A DNA stretch of 64,000 bases from Monocercomonoides exilis PA203 (Eukaryota; Protista; Preaxostyla), in the NCBI GenBank assembly GCA_001643675.2, contig LSRY02000061.1:1-64000 (forward strand). Reading direction: 5' to 3'. Made by a program: the position numbers and the translations under genes. The notes under the pieces were generated by a model. That model saw nothing but the letters and a program-made list of their open reading frames with translations. It did no database searches and was not told the origin of the DNA. Below, one piece after another: positions 1 through 12,500 of this stretch. Numbering within the stretch: the stretch's first letter is position 1; every line of letters begins with the position of its first letter.

Positions 1-96
1 TCATTATTGAGGAGTAAACCTGTCTCACTGCGTTCTATCAATTCGCAAAAAAGCTAATCTATTAACGCAAGGAGCAGGTTTACTCCTCAATAATGA
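1..96. repeat. 22-bp perfect inverted repeat (1-22 / 75-96), probable DIRS ITR/ICR structure
   Basis: tcattattgaggagtaaacctg (1-22) is the exact reverse complement of caggtttactcctcaataatga (75-96). A degenerate copy, cattattccgaagcaaacctgct, lies at 5306-5328. Confidence 0.85.
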
Positions 97-285
97 GTCT
101 CGAAATCCCTTTTATCTCCGTATGTGTGATCAAAAACCCCCTTTCCAGCACCATCTAGTGCGGCGGATGAGTTGAGAGCGTGCGTATAGTGGTGCAAACC
201 TCCTGGTCTATACCCGCTCCCTCTTGGTATATCTTTGAGGCGACATAGATTTGGCCCTTGCCTCTTCAGTGTCATTACCTATCTG

Positions 286-1590
286 TTAAATACTTCTTCC
301 GCTACGCCTCTTCCGATCTTTTCCCCTCCTCTTCAGCGGAGTTGGATCCTTCTCTCCCGTAAGCTCGCTTTCGCTACTGGGAACTATGAAGGGTGTTCCC
401 CAACGCTCGGGTTGTTCAGCTATTTCGCTCTCATGCCGTAAACTCTTATCTCGAATAGTCCCTCGTCTCTTCGATCTCTTCCTCTTGCTCACCTCCACTT
501 CTCCTCCAGCTTGCAAACTTTCTCCTGAATATTCCGTTATTCCTGATTCTGTATTCTCATTTCTTATATTCTCTTTCTCGCTGTCCTTCTCCAACTTGTC
601 TCCATTTCCTACAAGGGGTACTGGGCCGCAGATCGTCTCCAGGATCCATCTCGTGTCTTGAACTGGTAGCTCGGTGTAATATTCCTGGGCCACTCTCGAA
701 CCCGAGGCCAATCTCGCATAAGCATTGATAGCCTTCCAGTCCGCTCCTTCTTGTCTTGCTAAGTGTGTAATCACTGCGTGTCTTATAGAGTTCCCCGTGA
801 AAGTTTCAGGTATTCCGTTCTCTCTAAGAATAGCTGTTTGTTCTTCCTTTATTCTCTGCAAATTTGAAGGCCCGCTCCCCTCTATGTCAGACCACACCTG
901 TTCATTCTGAAAAATTGTCTTTGTAAACTCTAACCAACGTTGGAGCTCCCCTGCTGCATCGATACGTGAATTGGGGTGTGTATATATAATAACCTTTACC
1001 GTCTCCCCTTCCCGATGTTTTGGTTTGTACTTGTGTGAGTATTGTATAATCTTTTAATTTCGTTGTTCTCTTCTCATTCTTTCCAGCTCTGCTGGACTTA
1101 AACCCAAAGATCATGGTCAGGATGAGAGCTCTCCTTTGGAGGATCTGTGGGTCCGTCATATCGTGGGTGGCTTCTGCCCATTTCGTGATGATTGTCAAGT
1201 CCCACATTAATTTGTGTCGCTTGACCATTCTCAGCTTCTCTCCCACATAAGTCTTTTAAAATATTTCTATGTCCTTCCCATCAATCTTTATCTCTCTAAA
1301 CAGATTTATTTTATCAAGCACTTTCCGTACCGTCTGATATATCACTCCTCTTGACAGGTTAGAGCTTGATTGCGTTTCGGTTAACTCTGCCATAATCCAC
1401 TTGGCATCTCTGGATGTGAGGGTGTCAGTGTCATTCATGCTCTCTCTATCAAAAAACTGCTTTATTCTTCGTAGCGCTCTCCACGTATCTCTTTCACTCT
1501 TTTGATTTTTCAGAATTGCTGCTGCAATGTTTTTTGCTCCAACGTATTCTCCCCATGTGAGGAAGAGGCACCTTCCTGGAATATTTTCCT
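286..1590 (-). pseudogene. Tyrosine recombinase (YR) of the DIRS element, broken into at least 3 frames
   Basis: ORF 286-897 carries (H>N)SIRH and the terminal YY nucleophile region. ORF 902-1246 carries WDLTII..RRALILTMIF (box I region, frameshifted at the catalytic Arg) and KT. The N-terminal part is at the end of ORF 1256-2755. Confidence 0.78.
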
Positions 1591-3520
1591 CTCCAGTGTG
1601 ACGGATATCACCTCCCCTGGGGGTAGTTTCCAGCCTTCCCTTCTCATCCTCGCTCCCGGAATCATGCACTCCTGAAAAGTCCCCAGGGTCTTTGTCGAAT
1701 GCCCAGGCTGCAGTCGCGGGGTCCAGGTCTGCACCCGCTAGGCTGGCAGAATCAGAATCGTCCGTTCCCTCTGAGCTTCGTTCATCTTTCTCTTTCAGCA
1801 CCCGTCCAATGATTCTCAGGAACGGATGGACTCGCACTATCTCTTCTTTGGTATTTCTTTCTATCTCTCCCTTCTCAGAGAAAATAGTTTCCAAGTTCTT
1901 CCGCATTGTACTGGTGCAATCGGTCCTTAAGTAATATCTTGTGTTCTCGGTGCGACTATTTGCAATATCTCTGCGACTTTCTCCCACCCTCAGTGCATTG
2001 TCCTGTTCTCTCGCCATCCGGCTGAGTGCATCTGCTTCCGTGTTTTGTGCTTCCGGGATATTTTCTGTTTGTATTTTTATGTCCAGGCTGTTCAATTTCT
2101 TCTCTAATGCTCTCAGTGTTGGAATGAGAGATGGTTCTCCCTTCTTCTTCTGTGTTGTCCATCTCGTGGACATGTTGTCTGTATTCAACCAAATATGATC
2201 TATCCTCTGTTCTTTCAGCCATGCTCCTTTCCTTTCTAAAGTCTTCAACACTGCTCTGGACTCCTTCTCGTTTATCGCAAACGCGCTCTCCTGGATGGTC
2301 CAACTTCCGTGGACATATATCTTCTCCTCTTTGTTCTCTCTCGGTATTGTTAGCACTGCACCCCATCCCAGCTCTGAAGCGTCCGTCGTTAGTACCGCTG
2401 GTCTGTTCCTTCTCTTCAGACTCCTTGGTCTGTTTTCCTGTAGTATCTTTCTCCAGTGTGTTAATTCTCCCAGTATCATTGGGCTGACTATCACCGTTCC
2501 CTTCCAGCCTCCGCGGGCTATTGCCTGCCTCAGTATGTATTGCATGCGCTTCATCCACAAGCTCGCTGGTGGGTGTTGTAACCTCACAAAATTCAACCTC
2601 ACGAGGAGTGCTGCTAAGTCTCTCGTCTTTTGTCTCCTCCTCTTCTTTGCCAGTGCTATCCAGGTTCGCACATCCTCCAGGAGCAGCACTCTCTTCCTCT
2701 CTTGGAGCGTCATTTCCATCTTTTCCGAGTTCCAAAGCAATCCAAGGAACTCCACACTCCTTGTTGATTACAAGTTCAATTTCTCTTCCGACAGTATCCA
2801 GCCCAGACTCCACTGGAACTGGGCTATCTCCTGCGAGATCAATCTTAACGCATCCCTGTCTGGATGCATGAGGAAAATATCGTTCAAGAGTATTTCTAGC
2901 TTCGCTATTCACTTCTCTCTGATATAAGACACTGCTCGTATCATTATCTTTGTGAATCCTCTGGGCGCATCTTGCGCTCCAAAAGGCATCCCTACGTAAG
3001 AATGGCATTGCTTCTGAAAGCTGAAGCACAGGAAGGGACTGAATTGCTCGTCCACCTTGACATGTTGGTATGCACCCGATATGTCCAGAGTGGTCATCCA
3101 ATCGTTCTCCTTCAGGAGTTCCACCACTGTCTCCTGGGAATCCATCTTGAAATGCTTTCCTGCACTTCCTCGTTGAGCGCCCTGCAGTCCTTGATCTTTC
3201 TCCACTTTCCGTTTTTCTTTATCACCATGAATGTTGGGTTGAACCACTTCACCTCCGACTTCTGTATGGGCTTCACCGCTCAGTCTATCAGTTCCTCCGG
3301 CAAGAGGGATGAATAATTGTTCCTCATCTCCGTCGTCCCCCGAAACTCCTGCTTGCGTTTTCTCTCCTCGAGTGAGATTTGGGATGGGGCTCATCCATTG
3401 AGCTCTTAAACCACGGCAAACTTGTTTATCTCTACCAATCTCCTTCCACTTGCTTTGTCTGTTAACCAGTCTCCCAGGAAGTGGCTCTTTCGGTGGTCCA
3501 ATCACTATCCTCTCCCTTTC
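1510..3520 (-). pseudogene. DIRS pol: reverse transcriptase, RNase H and DNA N6-adenine methyltransferase-like domain, disrupted
   Basis: RT motifs are in ORF 2909-3652, followed by an in-frame stop at ~2909. The YxDD position reads LLND (~2875-2895). RNase H is in ORF 1256-2755, and MT-like motifs are at ~1700-1830 across a frameshift. Confidence 0.85.
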
Positions 3521-3742
3521 TCCTGGCATCTTGTGGCCAAACCGCATCTGTGTATTCACTTCTCCTTCGAGAGTATCTGCAATAGCTGTCTTCGAGCTCA
3601 CCTCCAGGGCGATCCCAATTGGGGACTCGATAATAGTCCCAGAAGCTCTCAAGGCTCCCTTCTCTTCCTCCTTCTCGGATTTCTGCTCGTTCTTCTGCTT
3701 AGTCTTGCGGGGATATACGGAGTCTCCTTCAATGCTCTCTCT

Positions 3743-5108
3743 TCATGATCCTTTCTCGTGATCTCTCGAGATCTCTTGATTTCTCCTCATCTCTTGATCA
3801 AACGGGCTCAATCCCTCTACGATATTCTCGCAATCTCCCACGGGTTCCATTATCGTATCCATCTCTCGATTGGGTGAGATTCCCTGTTGCATTGTCACTC
3901 TCTCGGAATTCGATAGCATTCCGTTTATTTCTGTCTCGCGGCGAAGTGCAACCTCCTTCCCACTCGCTTTTTCTGGGCACATTGGCTCGATCCAGGGGCT
4001 GTCCCTGTTGCTGATCCTCCCTGTATCCTCGGGGGGAGCTGGGGGAGGGGAACTGTGATCGAGGCCACTCTCCCAGCTGATGCTGGGGCGTTCTGTGGGA
4101 AGACTTGTGTTGACCTCCTTCTTTCCTTGAAATTCGTGAAGCTCCAATCGAAGCCGTGCTTTTGGAGTTACCTGTAGGCGAAGCCTTGAGCGTTCCTGCC
4201 TGTGCTGAACCTCCTTGAGTGTCCGCTCCTAGCTGAGACAAGGCCGAAGGCTGGGAGAAGCGGGGGATGTTCCGTACCCTGGAACATCCCCCTCTGGGCG
4301 AAAAAAAGCTAGTGCTTTCCACCAACCTCCTCAGGCTCTCTAGGATTTCTTTGGACTTTCCTCCCTCAAGGAACCCCTTCACGTTCTCCCAGTTTGACTA
4401 AAGCACGACTTTCAATAAATTAATGCAACTGATGCAGTCGGCTATCAGGGCGTACGCACAGAACAGTCCTTTGAGCCGCTCTTTCTCCTCCTCGGATTGC
4501 TGTGTCTTCTTCAGCTCCTTTGCTGTGAGGGCTATAATCGCTTTGGCTGCTTTTAAGCCCTATTCGAGAACAAGTTGGAGGAATTCAATTACTCGGATCG
4601 CTTCGGGAAAGTCCTTCCTTTCCTGAGCTGTGATTGCTTTCCTAACAAAGGCATTTCAAATTTCATTCATTTGTCCAGTTAAAAATTCCTTTTCACTCAA
4701 CGGGATAAAGGTTTAAAGGATGTCATCACTCATTCAAATTGAGAAAGCTTTTCATAACACTATAAAGTGTTTAAGTTCTCCCGCCTGCCTCCAGAGTGTC
4801 AGCCATTCGACAAGGAAAATTCTGACAAATATCTGCGACCTCTCTTCCTCTTCCTGCTCTTCTTCGTCTTTGGAATCCCAATTGCTGTCATCTTCATCCT
4901 CCAGTCTCTTCATCCGGCTATATATGCGATTTCCTTTCTCACGCTGTCCTTGCTTCCTTCTCGCGATCATGTCAATGTAATTTGCATCCGACTCGGACTC
5001 GCTCGATCTCTTACAAGATCTTCTCCTCTGTCGTTCTTTCTTTTCCTTTTTCATCTGTACAGAATCAAGAGCTCCGGACTGTGTTGGACGAGTTCGGTTT
5101 CTTTTCAA
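3743..5108 (-). pseudogene. gag-like/ORF1 remnants of the DIRS element
   Basis: Charged, low-similarity ORF fragments upstream of RT, with the same higher-GC composition as the element. No diagnostic motif recognised. Confidence 0.45.
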
Positions 5109-6553
5109 ACTCTGTGATCATATTTTTTCTCTTTCTTTCCAATAAGCAAGATCAAAATTATTTCCCAAGATGTCTTTGATTGTTATTCAATAAGGTTCTT
5201 CTTTCATTTCCAATACGGATTATAGTGTCAAAAACGAATTAATGTATTAGCTAAGTTCCCATTTTAAACACCCATTAATCGTGTTCAATAATCTTCATCG
5301 AGGAGCATTATTCCGAAGCAAACCTGCTTTGTTTCTGAGTTTTATTAAAAAAGGTCAGAGTGAATTTATAGCCCAACTCCAATTAAAATTAAAATATCGA
5401 TTTATATCAATTATGAAAAATAGGTTATTGAATATTTATGGAAAGTTTCAAATGAAAACAAACTGATGAATTTCTTTTTGATTTTTCCTGAATAAAAACA
5501 TTCTTTTCTCAACTCATTTTTTCTGTGTGATCTGATTGTTAAGGAGAATGAGTTTTCAAATTTCGAAACAAATAACAATATAATACAAAAACAAAAATAG
5601 TTTCTTCAAAAACTATTGTAAAAATTAATTATTTTGAATTATTTTTGGTGCATGATACAAACATACATGAATGAATTAAAAATATTATTGATAAAATAAT
5701 CACACTTTCACTCAGTAATTTGTTAATTTTTTGAAGTTTTTCTAAAAAATATTGTGATTATTGTGAAGTTGCTTTTATGAAAAATATATGTCAAACTCAA
5801 CAAACATTATAAATAGTTAGATACGAAATTTATGCGAAAAATGGATGTCATTTCAGATTAAAATAAATTCAAATTCAAATATCAATTTCAATTTCTGAAT
5901 AAATATATAAACATAAATATAAGCATAAATATAAATACATATTCAAAAGCATAAAGAAAAAGCAAAGCTCCAGTTAATTTCTAAATAGCAAAATGCTAAG
6001 TTCATAAACGTATTGAAATGCGAAATAAACATGTGAAATCAATTGGTATTTTGAATACGTGCGAAAACCTTGTTCAACAAAGCAAAAAGCTCCACATTTC
6101 ACTCAAACGATCCTTTTGTCAAAACCACTTAAAAATATATTCTTTTAAATCGTTCATTGCATCCATCAACACAACACTCTCTCATTGAAAGAGTATTTTC
6201 ACTAAAAAAATACAAACATTACTTGAAAAAGAAAATTCATTCATTTTGCAATTTCATCAAACTCTTCATTGAATCCAATGATCCTTTTCAAAATCCATCA
6301 CCATTTTATTGAAATTAACTGAATCAAAATTTCAGCAAACAAAACAGAAAAAGACAAAATTTTCAATTATTTTCCCCAGTGAGCATAAGTGCACATTTCA
6401 ATCCATTCTCATGCTGTCCATTATCTCCAAAGAAAAAAGATTGTTCTCTTTTAATTTTCTTCCACCTGCATTGTTTTCGAATTTTCAATCTTTCAGAAGC
6501 AGATTCACAATTTGTTTTGAATTCCTTTTCTGGATATTTCCTCATCTGCTTCT

Positions 6554-9500
6554 TTAAAAATATTCCACAAGACTCTCGCAGCTCGAGATGTTGTCTTTGC
6601 TCTCCTCATATAAAATTGCATCCGTCATCGTCATCGCCGCTGCTTCTCCTGGGAAATGCCCAAACAATTCCCGCTTCACCCACATCAACGTCACCCTTTC
6701 CCCTCGTTCTGCCCTCCAGCATCCCTTCACCAACTCATGCATCCCACTTGCCTCACTCTCCCCTCCACACGGCCTTTCCCCATTCACTATCTTCTGCCCT
6801 GCCACCTCCCCCTCATACTCCCCAAACGGAACTTTGAGTGTCAGACACTCCCACAACATCATCCCAATCGAGAACACAACTGTCTTCTTCGTCGCATGCT
6901 TCTTTGTTCTATTCAGCAATTCAGGTGCCTTCCACCTCAAACACTCATTCCTGTTATCTTCTTCATCTTCAAACGCTGATGAGGGCAGAGAATCTCTTTC
7001 ATCATCATCCTCACTGGTTGATGTCACAACTGTTGATGAAGATATTGAGGATGAGTCTGAATCTGAAGAAGAGCAGTCAGAGTGGAGGGCAATGCAGATC
7101 ACCATATGCTCTGAGAACAGCACAATGAGCGGACTCAAATTGGCAAGTGACTGAAGCTTGTTCTCCATTTCATCAAACGAGTGAAGAGCAAGATTCGCAA
7201 CCCAAAATAGAATTTGGGCAGCTGTCTGCTCCCTCTCCTGCAGAGTGCCAATTGCCATTTCCTTTGTCTTATTCCTTCCATGCAACAACATAAACAACGA
7301 ATCTCTCAGATCCACAATCAGCTTTTCATGCGGCGATGAACAGGCCATCGCATCCACCAGATTTGACATGGATGAAGTGGTTGGACACAGATCCTCTCCA
7401 CGAACAAATGTGGATTCTGTGTCTGAAGTGTCTGTGGTTGAAGTGGATGAAATGGATGGTGATGGAGCCTGCTTTCTAATTTCCTCTTCTTCAACCTTTT
7501 CCAACATCCATTCTGGAATCTTGTCTGAATCTCTTCCTAGGATATATTCTGTTGATCCGCTCTCACTCAACAAATGCTCTGATGACTCTGAATGTTCCAT
7601 CGTCTTGTCATACACCCTCTTCTTGATCCTTTCTTCATTCTTCTTTTCAGCTTCTCTCTCCGCTCTCCTCCACTGCTCCTCCGGTGACATCTCCATCGTC
7701 ACCATCTCAAATGCCTTCGGATCTTTTCTGATGTTATCATTCACAATTTCTCTCAAATCGTTGTTCTCATTCTTTGCCTTCTTCCATCGGATAACAAACA
7801 AAATAAATCCAATGAGAACAATTATGAGAATTATTGCCATAATAATCACAATGATTGGCCATATCGATTTCCCCTCTTTTCCTCCTTCAACAATCCTTTC
7901 ATCTCCATTTCCTTTGGGCTCACTGTTCTTCAGTATCTGTGGTGAAGTGGAAGCCAATGACTTTCCAAACAAAATCATCACTGACACCTCTGTTTCATCT
8001 GAAGCCAATGAAATATTTTCTGATGGAACTCTTCCAATCACTTCATTTTCTGATATGAAACTGTCTTCCTCAAAACGATATGTCTCAACCAGCTCCACAT
8101 CCCCTGTTTTATACACAAGTCTGAACGACAAGTCACACGGCACAAAAAGAGATCCCTTGAATTGGACAAAAATCTTGCTTCCACTTTCATTCACAGAAAC
8201 CTCTTCCAGTCTGGGAATGAAGAAAGACGATGGTCTTTCTCCTGCTATTCCTCCAAGTGTGCATCCATCATTCAAAATCCAAAGCGATGAGTTATCCTTC
8301 AATCCATCTCCGCCTTTCAAGCTCGAAATGGTTAGTGAGGCAGAATCTGAACAGATGATGTTTCGACGAAGAGAAGGGTATTTTTCGATGAATGGATTGT
8401 TATTTGCCAACATTCCCATCTCAATAACAGCCTTTCCCCTTTAATCGATACCCCACCTTTCGATGAATTCTCGATTGTAATTTCATTCACCTGCAAATTG
8501 GAGCTTTCAGAATGCACGAGAGATCCATTCCATTCACATATTTCTTCAAAAGCATTTGCAATTGCAATTTCACTTTCTTTTGTTAACGTTCCAATAAATC
8601 GACTCAAATCCATCGAAAAATTCGTCGCATCATTCACCTTCAACATGCTCCCTTTATCCGATAAGGAAATGCAATTTGAGCAGGAACCATTTGTGAACGA
8701 AATACATGCAGAGGTTGAAGAAGCCGAAAGAATAGAAGCTCCTTCTGAATTCCTTGAGCAGTTGTCGAATGACGAGCTTCCAACAGAAATTGTTCCTGAA
8801 GATGAACTGCCAATCGCAATGATGCAACCATCTGACAGCTTCACTCCATCCGCAGATACTCCATTAATGGACATTATTCCACAACTGCCAATCTCAAACA
8901 CATCTGCTGTTGATTCAATCTCTTCCAGTTTCACATTCGTCAACGAAATCTCATCTCCGCTCAACAGAAATGAAGGCTTCTTGAATGAAAGGAGTGACAC
9001 TGAGCAGTTATCAACATGAAGAATTCCACTTTCAATGCTCAGCAACGATGAGTTGAGAACAACAGGCTGAATGCTGTTTGACCCTTCAACGGATGAAAAA
9101 TCAACAAATGAAAGGGAAAGTTGGCCACTTGTTTCATGAACAACAGAACTGCCTGAAAATGAAAACGACTGGCCAAAGTCCAATTTCACACTCTCAATCC
9201 GAACTTTCCCTGATGTTGTGATAACACCTCCTGCATCATTAACAATTGCAAAGCTCAGATGCACCAAAGCAGCTGGAGGAGATTCCAGAGGATGGACAAC
9301 AACATCGTGAATGCTGCATTTCCCTCTCATCGCTGTTTCCTTTGATATCAACAGCTGCGAGTACGACGACGGGATGATGTGCTTCACTCCCACGTTCAAT
9401 GACTCACACGGCCCATGCAATTCTCCACAGGAATTGAAATCAGAGTGATTCTCTGCACAAGCCGACACAAATATCGTCTCGCTCTGGTATTTCACAACCC

Positions 9501-12500
9501 TCAGCAGCAGATCCTCTTCCCCCTCAAACGAGTCTGTTGAACAGCCCCACATCGCCAGCTCCTTCACAAAAGGTGCTCTGAAATCCAGCAAGAATTGCTC
9601 ATCAACTATCTGTGTTTCGATTGAGTGGCATCGAACATACACATCTCTCCCTCTCAATGCAGTGTTGTCTTTGAAGGTGAGATTCGACAGCACAAAGCTC
9701 AGAGGCTTCTCAGCCACTGAGCAACACTCCAGAAACAGCCACCCACCTCTTCCTGTGGTGGAGCAGAAACACTCAGAAATCGTGCAAAACGAGCAGTCGA
9801 AGCTTCTTCCTTCATTCAACATGCAAAACATCCCTCCTCCCTTTCCACACCTCGTTCCACCACACTTCTTCATCGTTGTGTTTCGAATCACCATTTTCAA
9901 TGGCTCATCATCATTGGCATTTCGAATGATGGGAATATCATCTGTTGTGTTCTGAGTGACTTCTTCGAATGAACTCCATTCAATGAGAACATCTTGTTCA
10001 ACTTCATTTTTCTCTCTTCTTGAACTCTTTGATATTTTCAATCCGCTTGCTCCTTCCAGCTCAACATTCTTCATCGTAATGTTTTTGATTCTTAAAATCG
10101 TTGTTGATAACACAGAAACAACATCATGTGAAAAGCCGAGTGATTGAATTGTCACCAATTCCAACACCACTGTTCCTCCATCTGCTTTGATCAGCCCATA
10201 ATTCATTATCTCTCCCTCATTGCTTTCTTCATTTTTTGTGAATGAGCAGTCTTTCACAGTCAACAATCCCTCGCTTGATTCAACATGCATCAAATAATTC
10301 ACTCCACTTGTGAATGATGAAGGAATCACAAACTTGATCAATTCAAAATTGGTTATTCCACAAATCTTCATTGCTGCTCCTTCTGTTCCTTCAATTGAAG
10401 AGTGACATTCCAAAGAGCACACATCGTTATCTTCCGATTTTATCGTCACCCCACTGATATCAACACTCTTTTGAAGAATTCCTTTTCCATTGATCTTGAT
10501 ATTCCTTTCGTTTCCTTCAGGCAATCTCGTTAATGAATGGTCGATTGACAGGCAAGGATAATCTGAAAGTCCACAAATGCACACATCTTTTCCATCACCC
10601 CCAACAACGATCTCTGAGCCAAATGTTCGCCAGAAATAGATCAGTGGGATGGCATTTGTCCCATCATCTCCATCAAAGCCGCTCAATGAATCCAACGAAA
10701 TATCAGCCAGATGCTCAGACACAAATGGAAGTGAGGTGTTTGTGATGCTCTTTGTCAAGTTGGATGATTCAACAAACAGATTATTTCCATATCTCGCAGC
10801 ATTTGGCTTGTCTGTATCAAAAACAGGAGATGAGACCACAAATGAAGAATCGCCATCAATCAACTTCAGCGCCATCCCTCCGCCAAACCCACTTTTCCCT
10901 TCTTCTCCAGCTGGTGCTGAACATCCTGTGAATGTGCATGAAACAATATTCATTTGAATGTTTCCTTTCAACTGGGCATTGATAGCCCCTCCTCTGCTTC
11001 CATCATCCAACACAGAGCATCCATCAAAAACACACTCTTCAATATTTATTTGTGTGTTTGCATTATCATCATGGCTGTTGCAAATGCTCACACACCCTCC
11101 ACTTCCAGCTGCTCTTTCGATTTCTGTGAAAGTGCAGTTAGCCATGTTCGACCATGTGGTGATCATTAACTCCGCATTTGTCCCACTTCCAGACAGTGAG
11201 ATCAATGGAATTGTGCTCAAGATGATTGACGAAGCAGAGAAGAAATCAATAACCAACGAACCAGAATCAACAGATAAGAACAGGCATGCTAATTCTGATG
11301 AAGGATCTTGAAGAGAAATAGAGCAATGAGACAGAGTCAGTTGTGACGAAGATGAAATGAAAGTCTGGTGAAGAGGAAGAGAAGATGGAAGAGAGAAGAT
11401 AAGTGCTGAAAGCACTGTTTCCACTCCAACTGTCACCATTGCTGTGTTTGTTTCTGTGGTTGTATCAGAAACTGTCCAACCACTCTGATCATCATTTCCT
11501 CTGATTTCATGTTTCTGTCCAGTAAAGGCCAATTCATCACTCATCAATATCATTCCATTCACAACAACTTTCTTTTCTCCTGTTTGTCTTGTGAGGAAGT
11601 GTTTCATTGTCAAACAAGGGAATTGGACAATTCCACAATGTGAGTGATCGGATGCTTCAGCGTTGCTCACATATACTTCTTCTGGTGTGGGAAGGAGATA
11701 GATGCACAGAGGAATGAACAACATGCTGTCGGCCTCCTCCACACCAGTCCACTTCGTCTCCCCTATCATTTCGACTACTAATCCCACTGAATCCCTCGTA
11801 ATAACACCTTTCAGCTCCATTGCCTTCACAAACACTTCTCCTCCTGATGCTTCTGCAACACATCCCTCAAACTCAATCCCTTTCAACACAAACCAACTTG
11901 CCCCTTCTCTCACATCAATATACACACCTCCACCAAACCCTTTCCCTTCTTCTCTTCCAAGCGCTTTGCAGTTCTTCATCCGAACTCCCCAATCCATCCC
12001 CAACTCCATTCTCCCTCCATCCTCCAAAACAGCTCCAACACCTCCTCCATTCCCTCTTCCACACTCTCCGCTCATCTCACCTCCCTCAATCATCAGCGCT
12101 TCCCCACTGGATACAACTCCTCTCACCACTGCCCCATCCCCTTCTCCCTTCCCAATCCCAACTCCTGTGCAGTTCTTCATTTCTGCTCTCTTCACATGCA
12201 CCACGCTCACCATCCCTCCAAAGCATTCATCCCCACACACAAAATCTGAGCTGTTCATCTCCACACCCAGCATCCTTTCTCCTGAGATCAGCCCCTTTCC
12301 AAAAGCTCCTCCCGCATTCCTCGTTTTCATATTCACAATGCTCAAAACAGATTGCTCCCCAAAACACTCTACAATTTCCACCCCGCTGAACCTCACATCC
12401 TCAACACTCACTCGAGTGATTGAACATTTCCCACTCTCCAAACACATTATCCGATATCCAATCTCATTCCCCACCTCTTTCCCAACAAACATGCAATCTT

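Larger units (their letters stand above)
1..5330 (-). mobile_element. Degenerate DIRS-type (tyrosine recombinase) retrotransposon: gag-like, RT, RNase H, MT-like, YR; 3' end may run off the window
   Basis: Minus-strand fragments lie in DIRS order: RT (KHFKMDSQETV..DWMTTLDISGAYQHV..YVGMPFGAQDAPRGFTK), DIRS RNase H (LTTDASELGWGA..HGSW..INEKESRAV..TDN..NTEADALSR), MT-like motifs (VHPFLRIIGRVLK; QTWTPRL) and tyrosine recombinase C-terminus (GNSIRHA..AYAR..VAQEYY). Related terminal sequences occur at 1-22, 73-104 and ~5298-5328. Several stops and frameshifts. Confidence 0.88.

Noticed and set aside
1956-3101. 381-aa alternative-frame ORF overlapping DIRS RT/RH
   Set aside because: No recognisable motif. 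Overlapping open frames are common in DIRS pol regions, so it cannot be supported as a separate gene.
8430-8445. Programmed -1 ribosomal frameshift in gene A
   Set aside because: No in-frame X_XXY_YYZ heptamer, and paralog B is continuous with one more G; an indel or sequencing error is simpler.
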